From Octopus sinensis (lineage: Eukaryota), in contig NC_042998.1 of NCBI RefSeq assembly GCF_006345805.1, positions 3,224,001 through 3,288,000 on the forward strand: a DNA stretch of 64,000 bases, in the 5' to 3' direction. The notes below the pieces were generated by a model, which did no database searches, was not told the origin of the DNA, and saw only the letters and a program-made list of their open reading frames with translations. Shown here piece after piece: positions 21,731-34,664 of the stretch (positions are counted from its first letter, which is position 1; each line of letters starts with the position of its first letter). Position numbers and translations under genes: made by a program.

Positions 21731-22848
21731 ACAGCCTAAGGTACAGTATACTTGAATAAAAGACAGGTTGGTTTCATCTGAAATATCTTTGATCATTGCT
21801 CTGTCTGATCCGTGTTGACATGGGACTAAACAACAGCAGCAACAACAAAAATAACAACAATGTTGATACCATATTTTAGATACACACATTTTAGACTGGA
21901 ATGTTTGTATATGTGTGTGTGCGAGTATGTGTGAGTGTGTGTACATGTAACAACTTGGTAAAAAACCTTTTCTAATATAACAAACAAATATTTCTACTCA
22001 GATGTAAAAATTGTGGTGAAACAACAGTGAGTGATTTATTTTTTTTTTAAATACTAAGGATCAGAGATTTGTGGTCTGTCCTGTAGGTGTCGCCAGAAAC
22101 CTACTTGCTGGAAACTTAATGAGTTGTTCTAAGAATGGATCACTTACATGGTGCATTCCGTAAAAATAATAAAGAAGCCCTCATTAGTAATAGTGGGTGT
22201 GGAGATTTAGTAAGGAAAATGAAATTAGAGTAAGTTTGATTCGCTAATACAATGGAACACAGTGGAATCTTGTTTGTAATTTAGATGCGGATATAAACAT
22301 GACGTGATGGTAACACGAACAGTATGAACTCTCCCTTGATATCAGTCACGAAAGTTGTGTTGTTAGAGCTAAGATGGATGTGTTTTGAAATATGAAGGAG
22401 GAAAGTTACACCATGGGCCATCTCGTCAAAATATAGCATGCTGCAAAGTCACGATCCTATAACTTATGTTGGCTTTTCGAGATTGAAATCTAAAGGTAGT
22501 CCCATAGGGTTTATAAGGTTGCTTTTCAATTTGAAATATCGAACGTGATTTGTTAGGTGGATGTACGTAAATGGAGAATAAGTTCCGGAGGGATACAGTT
22601 TTGACGATGAACGATACGGTGAAGTTTAAGACGAGGAATGCGAACACAGAATGGACAAAACAAAAAGAAAAAAAAAGAAAAAAAGAAAAGAAAAATCGCT
22701 CGAGGAGAATAGTTTTACGTGAACGTACTACATAAATAAAGTTAAGGAGCATCGATCATTTCAGTAATAGTAGAAGAGGAGAAAGAGATAGACTAATAGA
22801 GAGGAGAATAAAAGAGAGTGAGAAAGGGATGAACAGAGAGAAAGAGAA

Positions 22849-22879
<31 letters not shown>

Positions 22880-23119
22880 AGAAAATATATGGCATGGTGG
22901 TGAGTGAACGAACATTTTATATGCATTGACAAGGGAATTTTTTTCGTAGCAGATAGAATCCGGGTTCTTGGGTGATAGACCAATTTCATAAAAGTTGGAT
23001 GTTATCCGAGAAACTGAAAGTTAAAGTGCAGAAAGCAATCCTATTAATACAATGTACAACCGAAGTGAAAAATTATGAAATGCATTTAGTAACTGTGATT
23101 AATAACCATTTCGAACCTA

Positions 23120-23335
23120 AAGGCGTCCAGCAGGCAGAATCGTTAGCACGCCAGGAAAAAAATGCTTAGCGGCATTTCGTCTGTTTTTGCGTTCTGAGCT
23201 CAAATTCCACCGAGATCGACTTTACGTTTCATACTTTCAGAGTCGATAAAATAAGTACCAGTTGAGCACTGGGGTCGATGTAATCGACTTAGCCCCTTCC
23301 CTGAGATTGCTGGACTTGTGCCAAAATTTGAAGCC
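23120..23335 (+). mobile_element. SINE-B
   Basis: GCAGAATCGTTAGCACGCC...GTTCTGAGCTCAAATTCC...GTCGATAAAATAAGTACCAG...GGGGTCGATGTAATCGAC. Confidence 0.85.
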
Positions 23336-23779
23336 AATGTTCATTCTGAACCTAGAAACAAAGTCACAAATTTTGAGTGTAGTTCAGTGGCTCAAAACCT
23401 ATTTTGCACAAACATCCTTTTGAGCTTGTAAATTTATAAGCACTGATCAACACCACATTAGAGTTGTAATGTGCGATAGTAATATAATACTTTTGACATT
23501 TTCATTTCATGTCGTTTTCAAAATAGGCTCTAATACCTCAAAGTGATATTACAGACAGACATGAGAAATACAGATGTAGCTGATTAAGAATAACGAAAAA
23601 ACAAAACAAAAAACAACTTAACTGTTAATATTTTATCATATCCAATGGGACTAAAAGCAAAGCTAACCTTGTGAGGAGTTGAACTCAGAAAAATATGCAA
23701 CTAAACATCGCTCTACACTTTACATATTCTGCCAAACATCACCCTTAAACTATGGTACAGTATTCATTTTTGCTTTAGG

Positions 23780-24460
23780 CCCAAGTTCTGAAACGTTGGG
23801 AAAAGCGGCTAGTCGATTACATCGATCCCAGTGCGCAACTGGTATGCATTTTAACGACCCAGAGTGAATGAAAGACAAAGTCGACTCGGTGGATTTTGAA
23901 CTCAGAACATGAAGACGGACGAAATGCCGCTAAACATTTTACCCGGCAATCTAATGATTGTGCCAGCTCGCCGCCTTTTCTAAGGTGTAATATTGGTTTC
24001 ACATTTTGGAACAAGGTTAGTAATTTCAGGGAAGGGACTAAGTCGATTACATGAAACCCAGTGCTTAAGTCTGGTACTTATTCTATCGACCTCGAGAGGA
24101 TGAATGGCAAAGTCGACCTCGGTGGAATTTGAACTCAGAACGTAAAAGACGGAAGGAATGCCGCTAGGCATTTTGCTAACGATTCTACCAGCTCACCGCC
24201 TTAATACCATGATATAATACTGATTGTTAGCATAGGTAAGTAGAAAAAAAAAGTTAACAGTAGATATATTTAAGGACACTGTTGAACCGAAGTTTCATAA
24301 TTCGAATCATTGATAACATTCGAGGATTCAAATGATGAATTCCGAATTCTGAAACTTTGGGAAAAGCGGCTAGTCGATTACATCGACCCCAGTGCGCAAC
24401 TGGTACGCATTTTAACGACCCAGAGTGAATGAAAGACAAAGTCAACCTCGGCGGAATTTG
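23780..24460 (-). mobile_element. Three tandem SINE-B copies (23780-23978, 23990-24205, partial 24345-24460)
   Basis: Repeated reverse-complement SINE-B motifs (GTCGATTACATCGACCCCAG; GAATTTGAACTCAGAAC; GCTCGCCGCC). Confidence 0.85.
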
Positions 24461-25716
24461 GTTAAAAAGAGACGATGAGCGATGGCTAGAAGTATAGTGA
24501 GTTCTTCATAACCAGCTGATCTAGCAAGCGGGGGCTCATATCAGTGAGGGGGGGGGGGCAGTGCGCATTGATGCCGTCGAGAGGTAGGCCCCGAAACGGC
24601 GCGCATTCTCTCCTGATGACCCCATACACTTGCTAGCTTCCGGTATACGGAGCTTTTAACTGGTAGCACTTGCATGTGCAAGTTATTTGCAAGACATTTA
24701 TTCCCGTATTCATCATTCAGCGTATTCGTTATTTATCTATTACCCTACTACCAATATTTAGTACTTTTTAACCGTTGTATATTTGTACATTAAACATATA
24801 CTTTTTTTTTATATATAACATAGGTTCAATGCTAAAAATTTAGGAAATAGTTGATGACTCGATACCAATACCTGACTGAAACTTATTTCATTGAATTAGT
24901 AAAAAAAAGTGCAAGGGGAAGCTAACATTAGTGAGATTTGATCTCAGGACTTAAGGGGTTGTAACTAAATGATAAAAGACATTTAATCTAAAACACTAAA
25001 ATCTTGTCAGTCCACCACACTTACGCCAAGATAAAATATTGGTTTCTAACAAAACCAAAGGCAAGGGGAAATAATCGATGATATAGACTCCAATAGTTAA
25101 GTATTTTTTTTATTATATCGTTCCTAGAGGAGCGAAAGGTTAAGATGACCCAGATATGCACTGAATTCTTCGCATGTGATCTACTTATTCTGTAACACCA
25201 TTCCATCACCCTTATGCTATAGCATAACATTATTATCATCGCAACTGGCATAAGATTTACCAAAGACCCATACTTCAAAGGAAACAGAATATTATAGAAT
25301 ATTACTATCTATAACTTAATAGGATGACGACGTAAAGATTCGTATGACAGAAAGCTTTCACAATGAAACTACCTGAAGAATAAGTTGATATCTTCAAATA
25401 ACTACCACTCTCAATGGAATGCTATTCCCTCAAGTAATGCATAGTAGGTCCCGCATTCCTGCATAATATATCTTGCTTCTCCTCTGACTACTGTTTATGA
25501 GAAAATAGTTCGAGAACCTTCAGCAATTGCAGGATTTCGCATGCACAAAGCGATATACCCAAATATAAACATGTATCAGAATGTCTTGGTGTTGAAACAA
25601 GCACACGCGCACACCACACGCACACACGCAATCATTCCCTCGTGTGTATGTGCGTGTGTGTGTGTGTGCATATATATATGTATGTATGTATGTGATTGTC
25701 TCTCTCTCTCTCTCGC

Positions 25717-25797
<81 letters not shown>

Positions 25798-26587
25798 CAG
25801 TTCATGATTCCCGGCAAACTTGCAATATGAAAGAAAGAAAACACACACTCACGCATATATATATATTTATATATGTGTATATATATATATATATATATAA
25901 AGGTGCATTAATAAAACTTATCTTCACTCTCAATGCCTCTATTTTTTGTAGCTTTTTATCGTGTATTATTTTATCATTTTTCTTGACATTTATTTTTTTT
26001 TCATATATTTGTTTCTTGTATTCATGAATCCCCGACGTTGTACTACAGTTTCCTCCATCTCCTTCTCATCCTTCGCTTGTTTCTCCTCCCCTTCTTCCCT
26101 CATCTTTTCCTTCTTTTTTTTCCCTTCTTTCCTCTTTCTCTTCTGCTCATCTTCCATTCATGCCACAATATTCATTTCTTCATTAACATTATTATACCAA
26201 CTTTGACGAAGAACAAAAGAAATGAAAAGGATTTGGAAGAGACTAATTTCATCAAAGTTATGTTCGATATTTGATTTGATTAGTTCTTCAGGTTATCTTT
26301 TGATATATTTCCAATGTTCTGCTTACTTTATTTTTGTCCGGAGATCAGGTGCATGAAACCCAGAGTAACAAATTTGTAACAGATCTCATCAGATGTCACA
26401 TTTCCCTCTACTTATGATATTGAGCTCTCTATTTCCTTTTCTTGTTTACACTTCAACGCCTGCAATAAAACATCTTAGTGCAGACATTATATACGCACGC
26501 GTACAGACACATACATGCGCACTAATCCCACTCATGTACCACTTATGTGTGTATGTGTGCGCGTGTGTTCGTATGCACATATCTATT

Positions 26588-27028
26588 ACTCTTTTACTCT
26601 TCTACATGTTTCAGTCATTTGACTGTGGCCATGCTGGAGCACCGCCTTTAGTAGAGCAAATCGACCCCAGAACTTATTCTTTGTAAGCCTAGTACGTATT
26701 CTATCGGTCTCGTTTGCCGAACCGCTAAGTTACGGGGACGTAAACACACCAGCATCGGTTGTCAAGCGATGTTGGGGGGACAAACACACACAAACATACA
26801 CACACACACACATATATATATATATATTATATATATATATATTATATATATATATATATATACGACGGACTTCTTTCAATTTCCGTCTACTAAATCCACT
26901 CACAAGGCTTTGGTTGGCCCGTGGCTATAGTAGAAGACACTTGCCCAAGGCGCCAAGCAGTAGGACTGAACCCGGAACCATGTGGTTCGTAAGCAACCTA
27001 CTTATCTCACAGCCACTCCTACGCCTAT
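26588..27028 (-). mobile_element. SINE-A, full length
   Basis: Near-consensus tail (TTTCAGTCATTTGACTGTGGCCATGCTGGAGCACCGCC on +) and head (CACAGCCACTCCTACGCCTA). Confidence 0.92.
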
Positions 27029-27035
27029 GTATAAT

Positions 27036-27295
27036 TCCCGGCAACGCGTTGTGTCCTTGAGACACTTTACTTCACGTTGCTCCAGTCCAGTCAGCTGGCA
27101 AAAATGAGTTGTAGCGGTATTTCGAAGGGTCAGCCTTGTCACACTCTGTGTCACGCTGAATCTCCCTGAGAACCACGTTAAGGGTACACGTGTCTGTGGA
27201 TTGCTCAGCCACTTACACATAATTTTCAGGTACAGGCGGCTCCGCTGATTGGAATGACTGGAATCCTAGTCGTCGTCGTAGCCGACGGAGTGCCA
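27036..27295 (+). mobile_element. SINE-C group: H1 body + T2 tail (5'-truncated)
   Basis: GCGTTGTGTCCTTGAG...CACGTTGCTCCAGTCCAGTCAGCTGGCAAAAATGAGT, then the T2 tail (GTATTTCGAAGGGTCAGCCTTGTCAC...CCGACGGAGT). Confidence 0.8.
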
Positions 27296-27469
27296 GTTGG
27301 TTGCGTTGAAATAAGTGTGATGCTGCTTCCGTAAGAATTGCCAACGAGATTCATACTCGGATGGGACAAAAGGCTCGAATGAATATCAATAAAGGGAGAT
27401 AATCAAATAGCCATAGGTGTTTTGAACATATTCTGTTAAGCTGATATTTATAGCTTTGTTGTGATGTAT

Positions 27470-27745
27470 ACTCTTTTACTCTCTTTTACTTATTTCAGCC
27501 ATTTGACTGCACGGCCATGCTGGAGCATCGCCTTTAGTCGAGGAAGTCGAACCCAGGATTTATTCTTTGTAAGCCTACTACTTACTCTATCGGTCTCTTT
27601 TGCCGAACCGCTAAGTTACGGGGGCGTAAACACACCAGCATCGGTTGTCAAGCGATGTTCGGGGGACAAATACAGACACATACACACACACACACATATA
27701 TATATATACATATAAATATATACAACGGGCTTCTTTCAGTTTCCG
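27470..27745 (-). mobile_element. SINE-A, 3' two-thirds
   Basis: Tail and internal microsatellite present; head absent. Confidence 0.85.
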
Positions 27746-28081
27746 CAGTATGTATGTTTACAGAAATGCAGAGTGTGACACTTCTTATTATATAAAACTT
27801 GTTATCCTTTACAAAACATTTTAAAGTTTACGTCCTGTTTACAATTCTGCGGCAAGTAATCATTGATATCAATGTCTGTTCCCAAAAGCAGTTCGTTCCC
27901 TCCTTCAGTGATGACTCTGAGTCGACGGTAGCAAAATCAAAGTTGATGATGACGAAACCAGGAGAGATGAGAGCATAATCGAAACCGAAGATAACAAACT
28001 AATGATTAACATTAACGGATTTGTGACTGACGTTGATGAGATTGAAGCTTGACGAATTTAAGGAACACTTCATTCACAAGG

Positions 28082-28385
28082 GTGGAGGTGCAATGGCCCA
28101 GTGGTTAAGGCAGCGCACTCGCGGTTGGAGGATCGCGGTTTCGATTGTGTGTTTTTGAGCGAAACATCTAAAAGCTCCACGAGGCTCCAGCAGGGGGTGG
28201 TAGCGACCCCTGTTGTACTCTTTCGTCCCAACTTTCTCTCACTCTTCCTTCCTGTTTCTTGAGTAACGCTGCGATGGACTGGCGTCCCGCCCACCTGGGG
28301 TAAATACATACGCCACAGAAACCGGGAAACCGGGCCCCATAAGCCTGACTAGGCTTGAAAAGGGCGCATAAATAAATAAAATATA
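28082..28385 (+). mobile_element. SINE-C group: H2 head + T1 tail, with 8-bp TSD (TCACAAGG)
   Basis: Head GGAGGTGCAATGGCCCAGTGGTTAAGGCAGCG; tail GAGTAACGCTGCGATGGACTGGCGTCCC...AAAGGGCGCATAAATAAATAAA; TSD at 28074-28081 and 28386-28393. Confidence 0.85.
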
Positions 28386-29104
28386 TCACAAGGAAAGCAC
28401 GACATTCGAAACGGTAATATATTCACGTATCTAACTTTGTATAAAATGGTTATCTGATACGTAAACTGTGAAACAGACTTAATTTAAAATTTCCCAGAAT
28501 ACCTTAAGAAGAAAAAAACATATTAAAATTAATATAGATTAACAAGGAAATATAAAACCATTTTTATCGTTTCCCTATTTTTATAGTAACATGAAAATCC
28601 TAACAAATTATATTCTAAGTAAGACTGGAACCTGCTGTTAGCAAAGTTGAGACATGTAATATGGCATGTTTTACGTAGAGACGAAAAATAACATGTCTAT
28701 AACAAGAAGTGAACCCTCGGGCTTAGTTAGCTCTGCCAATTTGATACCTTATTCATTCGGGCATTCCCGCATGAATTAGGTATCAAATTATTTATATATA
28801 TATATATATATATAAATAATTACATACATACATATATGACTCACACATAAGTGTATGATATCGCTCTTTATATATATGCATGTGCGTGCGCACGTGCGTT
28901 TGTATGTATGTGTGTGTATAACATAATGTACATACAAACGTGGAGCGGTGCTAACTGTACTAATCTGCCTTACAGAAACTCAACGAAAGAAAATATCACC
29001 GCTAGTGTTGCCTTACGATTGTATAAAATAAATAAATATATAGGTATATATACATGCATATACATATATATATATTTAATTGTATATACATGTATATATA
29101 TATA

Positions 29105-29146
<42 letters not shown>

Positions 29147-29228
29147 GCATATGTATGTATGTATATATATATCTACATACTTAGATATATATGCATGTGT
29201 GTGTATGTATGTTATATCTATCTATCTG

Positions 29229-29260
<32 letters not shown>

Positions 29261-30347
29261 TATATTTGTGTATGTCTCTGTGTGTGTACATACATATATA
29301 CACACACATTATATCTATACACAGCCACATGCAAAAACATATACAGACATCTATGTTTCATATACACTAATGTTCCCTACACAAATACGCACATACACAT
29401 GAATGCACCATATGTACACACGCACAGATGTATGGTACAGCATGCTACTTATTCAAATATGTAATTTTATATGGAGATTAATTAATGAAATTAATATTTT
29501 TAAACTTCAAAAAAAAAATTTTTTTTAACCACAACGTTAATCTGACTGCCAACAAATACATTCATTTCCTGCTTGCTTTGAGTTTCATGATAACATAGTT
29601 GTGAAAAAGCATAAGACATGTTAGTAAAGGCATCTAACAGTTTCAAAAATGAACAGTAGTTGTTTTATATACACCAATTATCTTGGTATTAAGCCACCGA
29701 CATTTTAGGTAGGATGGATTACACCTGCAATATTACCGTTAGCTGCATTTGTAGTGGGCTGAAGCATGCATGCATCATCATCATTATCCTCATTATTATT
29801 ATTATTATCATTATTATTGTTATTATTATTATTATTTGTTTCACGTAAAAAGAAGCCGAAATGTTAAGATGTTACTAACGGGATGCATATGTGTGACAAT
29901 ATGTCAATATGTTTGTTATATGTGAAACAGTAAGAAATTAAAATGACATGCTAACCGAAGCAAAAATAAAATGAAAAAAAAATGATAAAAGATGCAAAAA
30001 AAAAAAAATATATATATATATAAAAGAAAAGAAAGAAAAGGTACTGTAACTTACAACTAAAACATATGTTGATTCTGACCGAATTTTGATTTCATGTTGC
30101 ATATCAGGGTATTACGGATATCAAATGTCATTGATATGTAGCGGGTGCAGAATTCATGAGATTTTAGTTAGAAGGACTGCGTTTTGGTTTTGCACGCAGT
30201 AAGAAATGAATAAAAGCAGGGGGAGAAAGCAGAGGAGGGGGAGAAATTTTCAAATGATTTTATTATGAAATTCTAACAGTTTTATGTATTGTTTGGTTTT
30301 GTTGTAATTGCTGTAAAACAGTTTTACTACAAAATGGTTCTTTAAAC

Positions 30348-30477
30348 TAAACATGTGCAGCCATTTATGAGAAGCAGGCCGATTGAAATATGGCTCATCA
30401 CCAGGTGGGTCGCAAAGTAATCTTTTGTTAGGCGTGCCATTCAAAGAGTCCCGTGGGCCACAGTTTGCCCATGACTG
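30348..30477. mobile_element. Short degraded hAT-type MITE
   Basis: Right TIR GTTTGCCCATGACTG, degenerate left end, flanks CTTTAAAC / TTTTAAAT (6/8 match). Confidence 0.45.
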
Positions 30478-31034
30478 TTTTAAATCCTGGTAATTTTATA
30501 TCTCAATAAACCAATTTTATGTTGCACTTTTTCAAGTTGTGATTTAATCCCAGCTCGTTTCTGATTGAGCAGATGTATGGCCAAAAACCGTTCTAGACGT
30601 GACCATCCATCTTGCTATAATTGCTAGGACTATATTATTCAATGTATCAATCCTTCTTTATAACGGAAGAGCATAATTTGTTATTTCTAGCAAGCTTTGC
30701 GACTGCATAGAGACTGTTTTTTTTTTTATTTGATGTTAACGACATATTAATGAAAATAATAAACAGAGTAAGATATTTAGATTAGCTCTGTTGCTTAAAT
30801 TGTAGAAACTAATGCAGTTAAGTGCTTCGTAGATTTAATGGTTTTCGAATGTAAGAAATTTTCTGTTTCACAATCAGCAACACCGGGACTTGAGTTTCTT
30901 TAGCTATTTATTCATTAGCTTCATATAACGGAATTCAAGAGAATGTAATTGGTTATCTGTTTTTTTAACAAAATACTCAAGTTCATTACTAAAGGGTGTA
31001 CCTTTAGGAAAATAATAATATTAAACAGACTTCG

Positions 31035-31452
31035 GTGTGGTTAAGAAGCTCGATTTGCAATCAAGTTGTTTCTCGTTTAGTCCCACTGCTCTGCATTTTG
31101 AGCAAACATCTTCTTCTATAGCCCCGAGTTGACTAACTAATGTTTTACGAATGTATTTGGTAATCGGAAACCGTGTGTAGAAGTGCGTCGTATACCTTCG
31201 AAACGTGGAGTAGACGAAACAGGGACGACTGAAGAAGGGGAATATTCCTTGTGTTGTATGTCTTGTACTCTGTTTTTTTTTCGTTGTTTGAAAAAAAGTT
31301 CATTTCCATGTTTTTGTTTTTAGGTTTTCGTTTCTCACTGTGTTCAACGTTTTTTGGTGTCCTGTACCCATATATGCATGTATATATACATTTAGATGTA
31401 GGTATGTACATATATGTATGTATATATGCATATGTTTACATATTATTTATGT

Positions 31453-31509
<57 letters not shown>

Positions 31510-31715
31510 TGACTCCACTACTTGACAGTAGGTGTTTGTTTGCTTACTTCTCTAGCTTAGTAGTTCGGCAGAAGAAATCAATAGAATAAGTACTAGCTTT
31601 AAGGGAAAACAAAGCAAAAGTACTGGTGTCGATTTGTTCGACTAAACCCCTTCGAATCGGTGGTTCAGGGTGGCCACAGTCCATTGACTGCAACAAGTTA
31701 AAAATAGAAGATAAA
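31035..31715 (+). mobile_element. Old SINE-A copy with a non-SINE insert at ~31140-31370
   Basis: Degenerate head (GTGTGGTTAAGAAGC...CTATAGCCCCGAG) and tail (GTCGATTTGTTCGACTAA...TGGCCACAGTCCATTGACTGCAAC). Confidence 0.65.
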
Positions 31716-32337
31716 AGAGGTGGTAGCTGGTCCCTATATTACTTTATATCATATTTCTCACAAACGAAGAATCTTTCAATAGTCTCAGTTATCCTTGAAT
31801 AAGCGAATGGATGGTTTTAAGTGCTGATGTTATCTTAAATTAATTTCCCCTTACGTATCCATTGAGAGGATATGAATTTAGTACTGGAAGCAAGGAAGGC
31901 ACTAAAACTAAAATACTAATCAGTACTTGTACCAGTCTCACTACTGTAGTGTTCCACACAAAGTGCCCACAGTTTAGTGTAAACGGCATCAGAGCGTAAT
32001 CTTATATTTGCTTAGGAAGTGGTATCAATATTTCAAGCAAAGCCATGTTCAAAGCTAACCAAGCTGTGATTATTTGCTTTTGTTTCTGTCAGTCTGCATT
32101 TAGTAACACATTACCGAATATTTCTTTCCTCTTGGAAGACAATGGATGTGCTTTGAGTAGTGCTTGGCCGCCATTACTAGCAAGTGGAGTCAAGCGACCG
32201 CATATAGGCTCTCTTGTTGGTTCGGAAATTAGATATTCATATAACTTGGGAAGCAAGTAAACCATATTGATGAGTATCTAGTCATAGATCTTTAGCTGTA
32301 CAAGTACAATATAAAATGCTATGCAATTGAAGATATA

Positions 32338-32600
32338 TAAATAAAATAATAAATGCGCCATTTTAAAGCCTAGCCAGGCTCATGGCCCCGGTTTTCCGGT
32401 TTCTGTGACGTATGTGTTCCCCAGCTGGATGAGACGCCAGTCCATCGCAGCGTTACTCATTTTTGCCGGCTGAGTGGACTGGAGCAACGTGAAATGAAGT
32501 GTTTTGCTGAAGAACACAACGCGTCGCCCGGTCCAGGAACCGAAACCACAATCTTACGATCATGATGCTGACACCCTAACCACTAAGCCACGCGCCTTCA
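32338..32600 (-). mobile_element. SINE-C group: H1 head + T1 tail, with 14-bp TSD (CAATTGAAGATATA)
   Basis: Reverse complement of the 56890 unit; TSD at 32324-32337 and 32601-32614. Confidence 0.92.
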
Positions 32601-34449
32601 CAATTGAAGATATACATAAGAAAAAAGCATTATATAGGTAGAAGATGTAGCTGAACGGAGCAAATGGAAGAAATATCGTGTGACTTGTCAAAGAAATATA
32701 CATTATTAGTTCTTTAGACAATCTAACGGCAGGAGGCTTACTTTTTCTTTCATTGAATGTGACCAGAAAATGTAAAGAGCAGATTTTTGGCACTTGACTA
32801 AGAAAATAATAACCACCATCCCTAAACAGCTGAACATTCATATGTAATCTAGAATCCGGATAGTTTAGTCATCTGCCTGTCTCGGTGAAGACAGACGAAA
32901 CAGAAAAAATTGTGGCTTAGAAAAATGCAACAAAGGAAGGTTTAAAGGAGGTTATCATCTTGTGAAAAAAAGGAAGAGGTATCAATGTTTTATGCAAGAA
33001 GCTCTTTATCAATACAGAGAAGGGAAATGTTTGAGACAAAATAAAAAAGACGATTTTAAGTGAATTTTTGAATAAGCATTGTTGGTATGGCGGAACGGAA
33101 GCAAACAGGAGTATGGCTGTCTCTGGTAGAGGAGGACCACTGGCGTTGAGTGGTTGTCAATTATGCGGAAAACGAATAGAGAGAGAGAGGGGAAGGATGC
33201 ATTGCCAAGTTGTGTGAAAGCAGTAAATGTGATGGATAAGAATTAATACGAAAATATGTCTGTGGGATAAAAGAAAGAAAAGTTTGAGAGAAAACAGTTG
33301 TATTTGTGAACAGAGCGGTATGTGTATGTGTAGGTAGAAGACTCAGAGTGTGCGAGTGTGGGACATTTGCTCTCCAACTCTGTATCTGCACCACCAGTAA
33401 CCGCATTTCCTTCCACTCACCGTCTAACCCATCGCCGACGCCTTCAACATTCTATCTCCCATAACTTTTATCATCTCCATTCCGATCTAGTTGCTTCCCA
33501 CATCTTTCCGTAACAGATACTCCCTTCCGTTAGAAATCCTTATTGATTTCCGTAATGTGCTTGACCATCTGTTTTTTTTACAATTATTCACACGTTGACA
33601 CACGAAACCTGGATAGTTGGTTTGTTTCCACTTCAGAATTTGCCCCTTTGGTCTGTTATCCAGTAAATTACTGCTTAACACTGCCCGAGTATACTTCCAA
33701 AGTCACTGATTCATTCACTTTCACCTTCAAGCTTGAAATCTATTGCATTAAATACCGATTTTGTGGTCTCGCAAAATCAGTCGAAAGGTAGTTGACCGAT
33801 TCAGAAAGCATTTACTAATCGTGTAATGCAGCGGAACTCAAAAATCCACTGCAAATTATTTCATCCGGCCATACTCACTATTGTTTTCGTCGTCTGTAGT
33901 TCTCTCCAATACAATGGGTTTCTTGACCCTGGCTTGTCCCGAGAGCGATTGATATCCTGTTTAGCAACGGTTTCTCCAGCTTAAATTACTACTCGATTAG
34001 TTTCTCTCTGATCATTGCCACATTGGTAGAATTCTTTATGTAACCGTCCACACACAGAAGTTTCTGTTTTCACACATGCTTTCACTCTTTCCTTTTCCAC
34101 GCATTCACTCATGCATACTTACTGCTGCACTCTCTCCTCTACCTATCCATCCATACACAAATACTTCCTCTAACATAGTTCATCACAACAATCTATTCCT
34201 TTTCATATTTCTTTTTTATATCTGATCGATCGTCACAAATGACTTCAACACTCTTCTACTAGAAACCACAGTTGTCTACTCCCGTTTCACAACAAACATC
34301 CAAGCTTCATCAGTATCGCATGTAATCAATTTTTTCTTAGTTTAAAAACAAAAACTTTCATCTCTTCCTTGGGAACGAACTTCTTGTTTGAAACGTCAAT
34401 ATTCCCTATCATTCACAACATATGACACTGATTTGTTATATTTTCTGCA

Positions 34450-34646
34450 CAAATTTAAGTCGACATATCAAAAATAGTGTAAACACGTAGTGTAAACATT
34501 CAAACAGCGTCAGTATCTTTCCAAATCCTGTTGCGTTTCACATGGAGCTTTTGGTCTTCCTAAAGCGTTTTGGTGTATAAGTCGACTTACCCAAAGGTCG
34601 TAAAATTTTGTCTACAAGATTCGATTTGCATCCGGAAAATACGGTA
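34450..34646. mobile_element. One end of a pogo/Tc2-type DNA element
   Basis: TCCGGAAAATACGGTA (reverse complement TA-CCGTATTTTCCGGA) is a pogo/Tc2-like TIR, with GTATAAGTCGAC subterminal motifs; partner TIR not found. Confidence 0.5.
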
Positions 34647-34664
34647 TCTGAAATGTACCATTTA

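Noticed and set aside
22426-22990. Possible promoter/first exon on the minus strand (TATAAAA near 22915, complex sequence at 22430-22650)
   Set aside because: TATA-to-initiator spacing is not convincing and there is no recognisable protein or splice pattern.
27900-28052. Short acidic reading frame (KVDDDETRRDESIIETEDNKLMININGFVTDVDEIEA*)
   Set aside because: No start codon or good splice acceptor and no recognisable homology; cannot be supported as an exon without RNA data.
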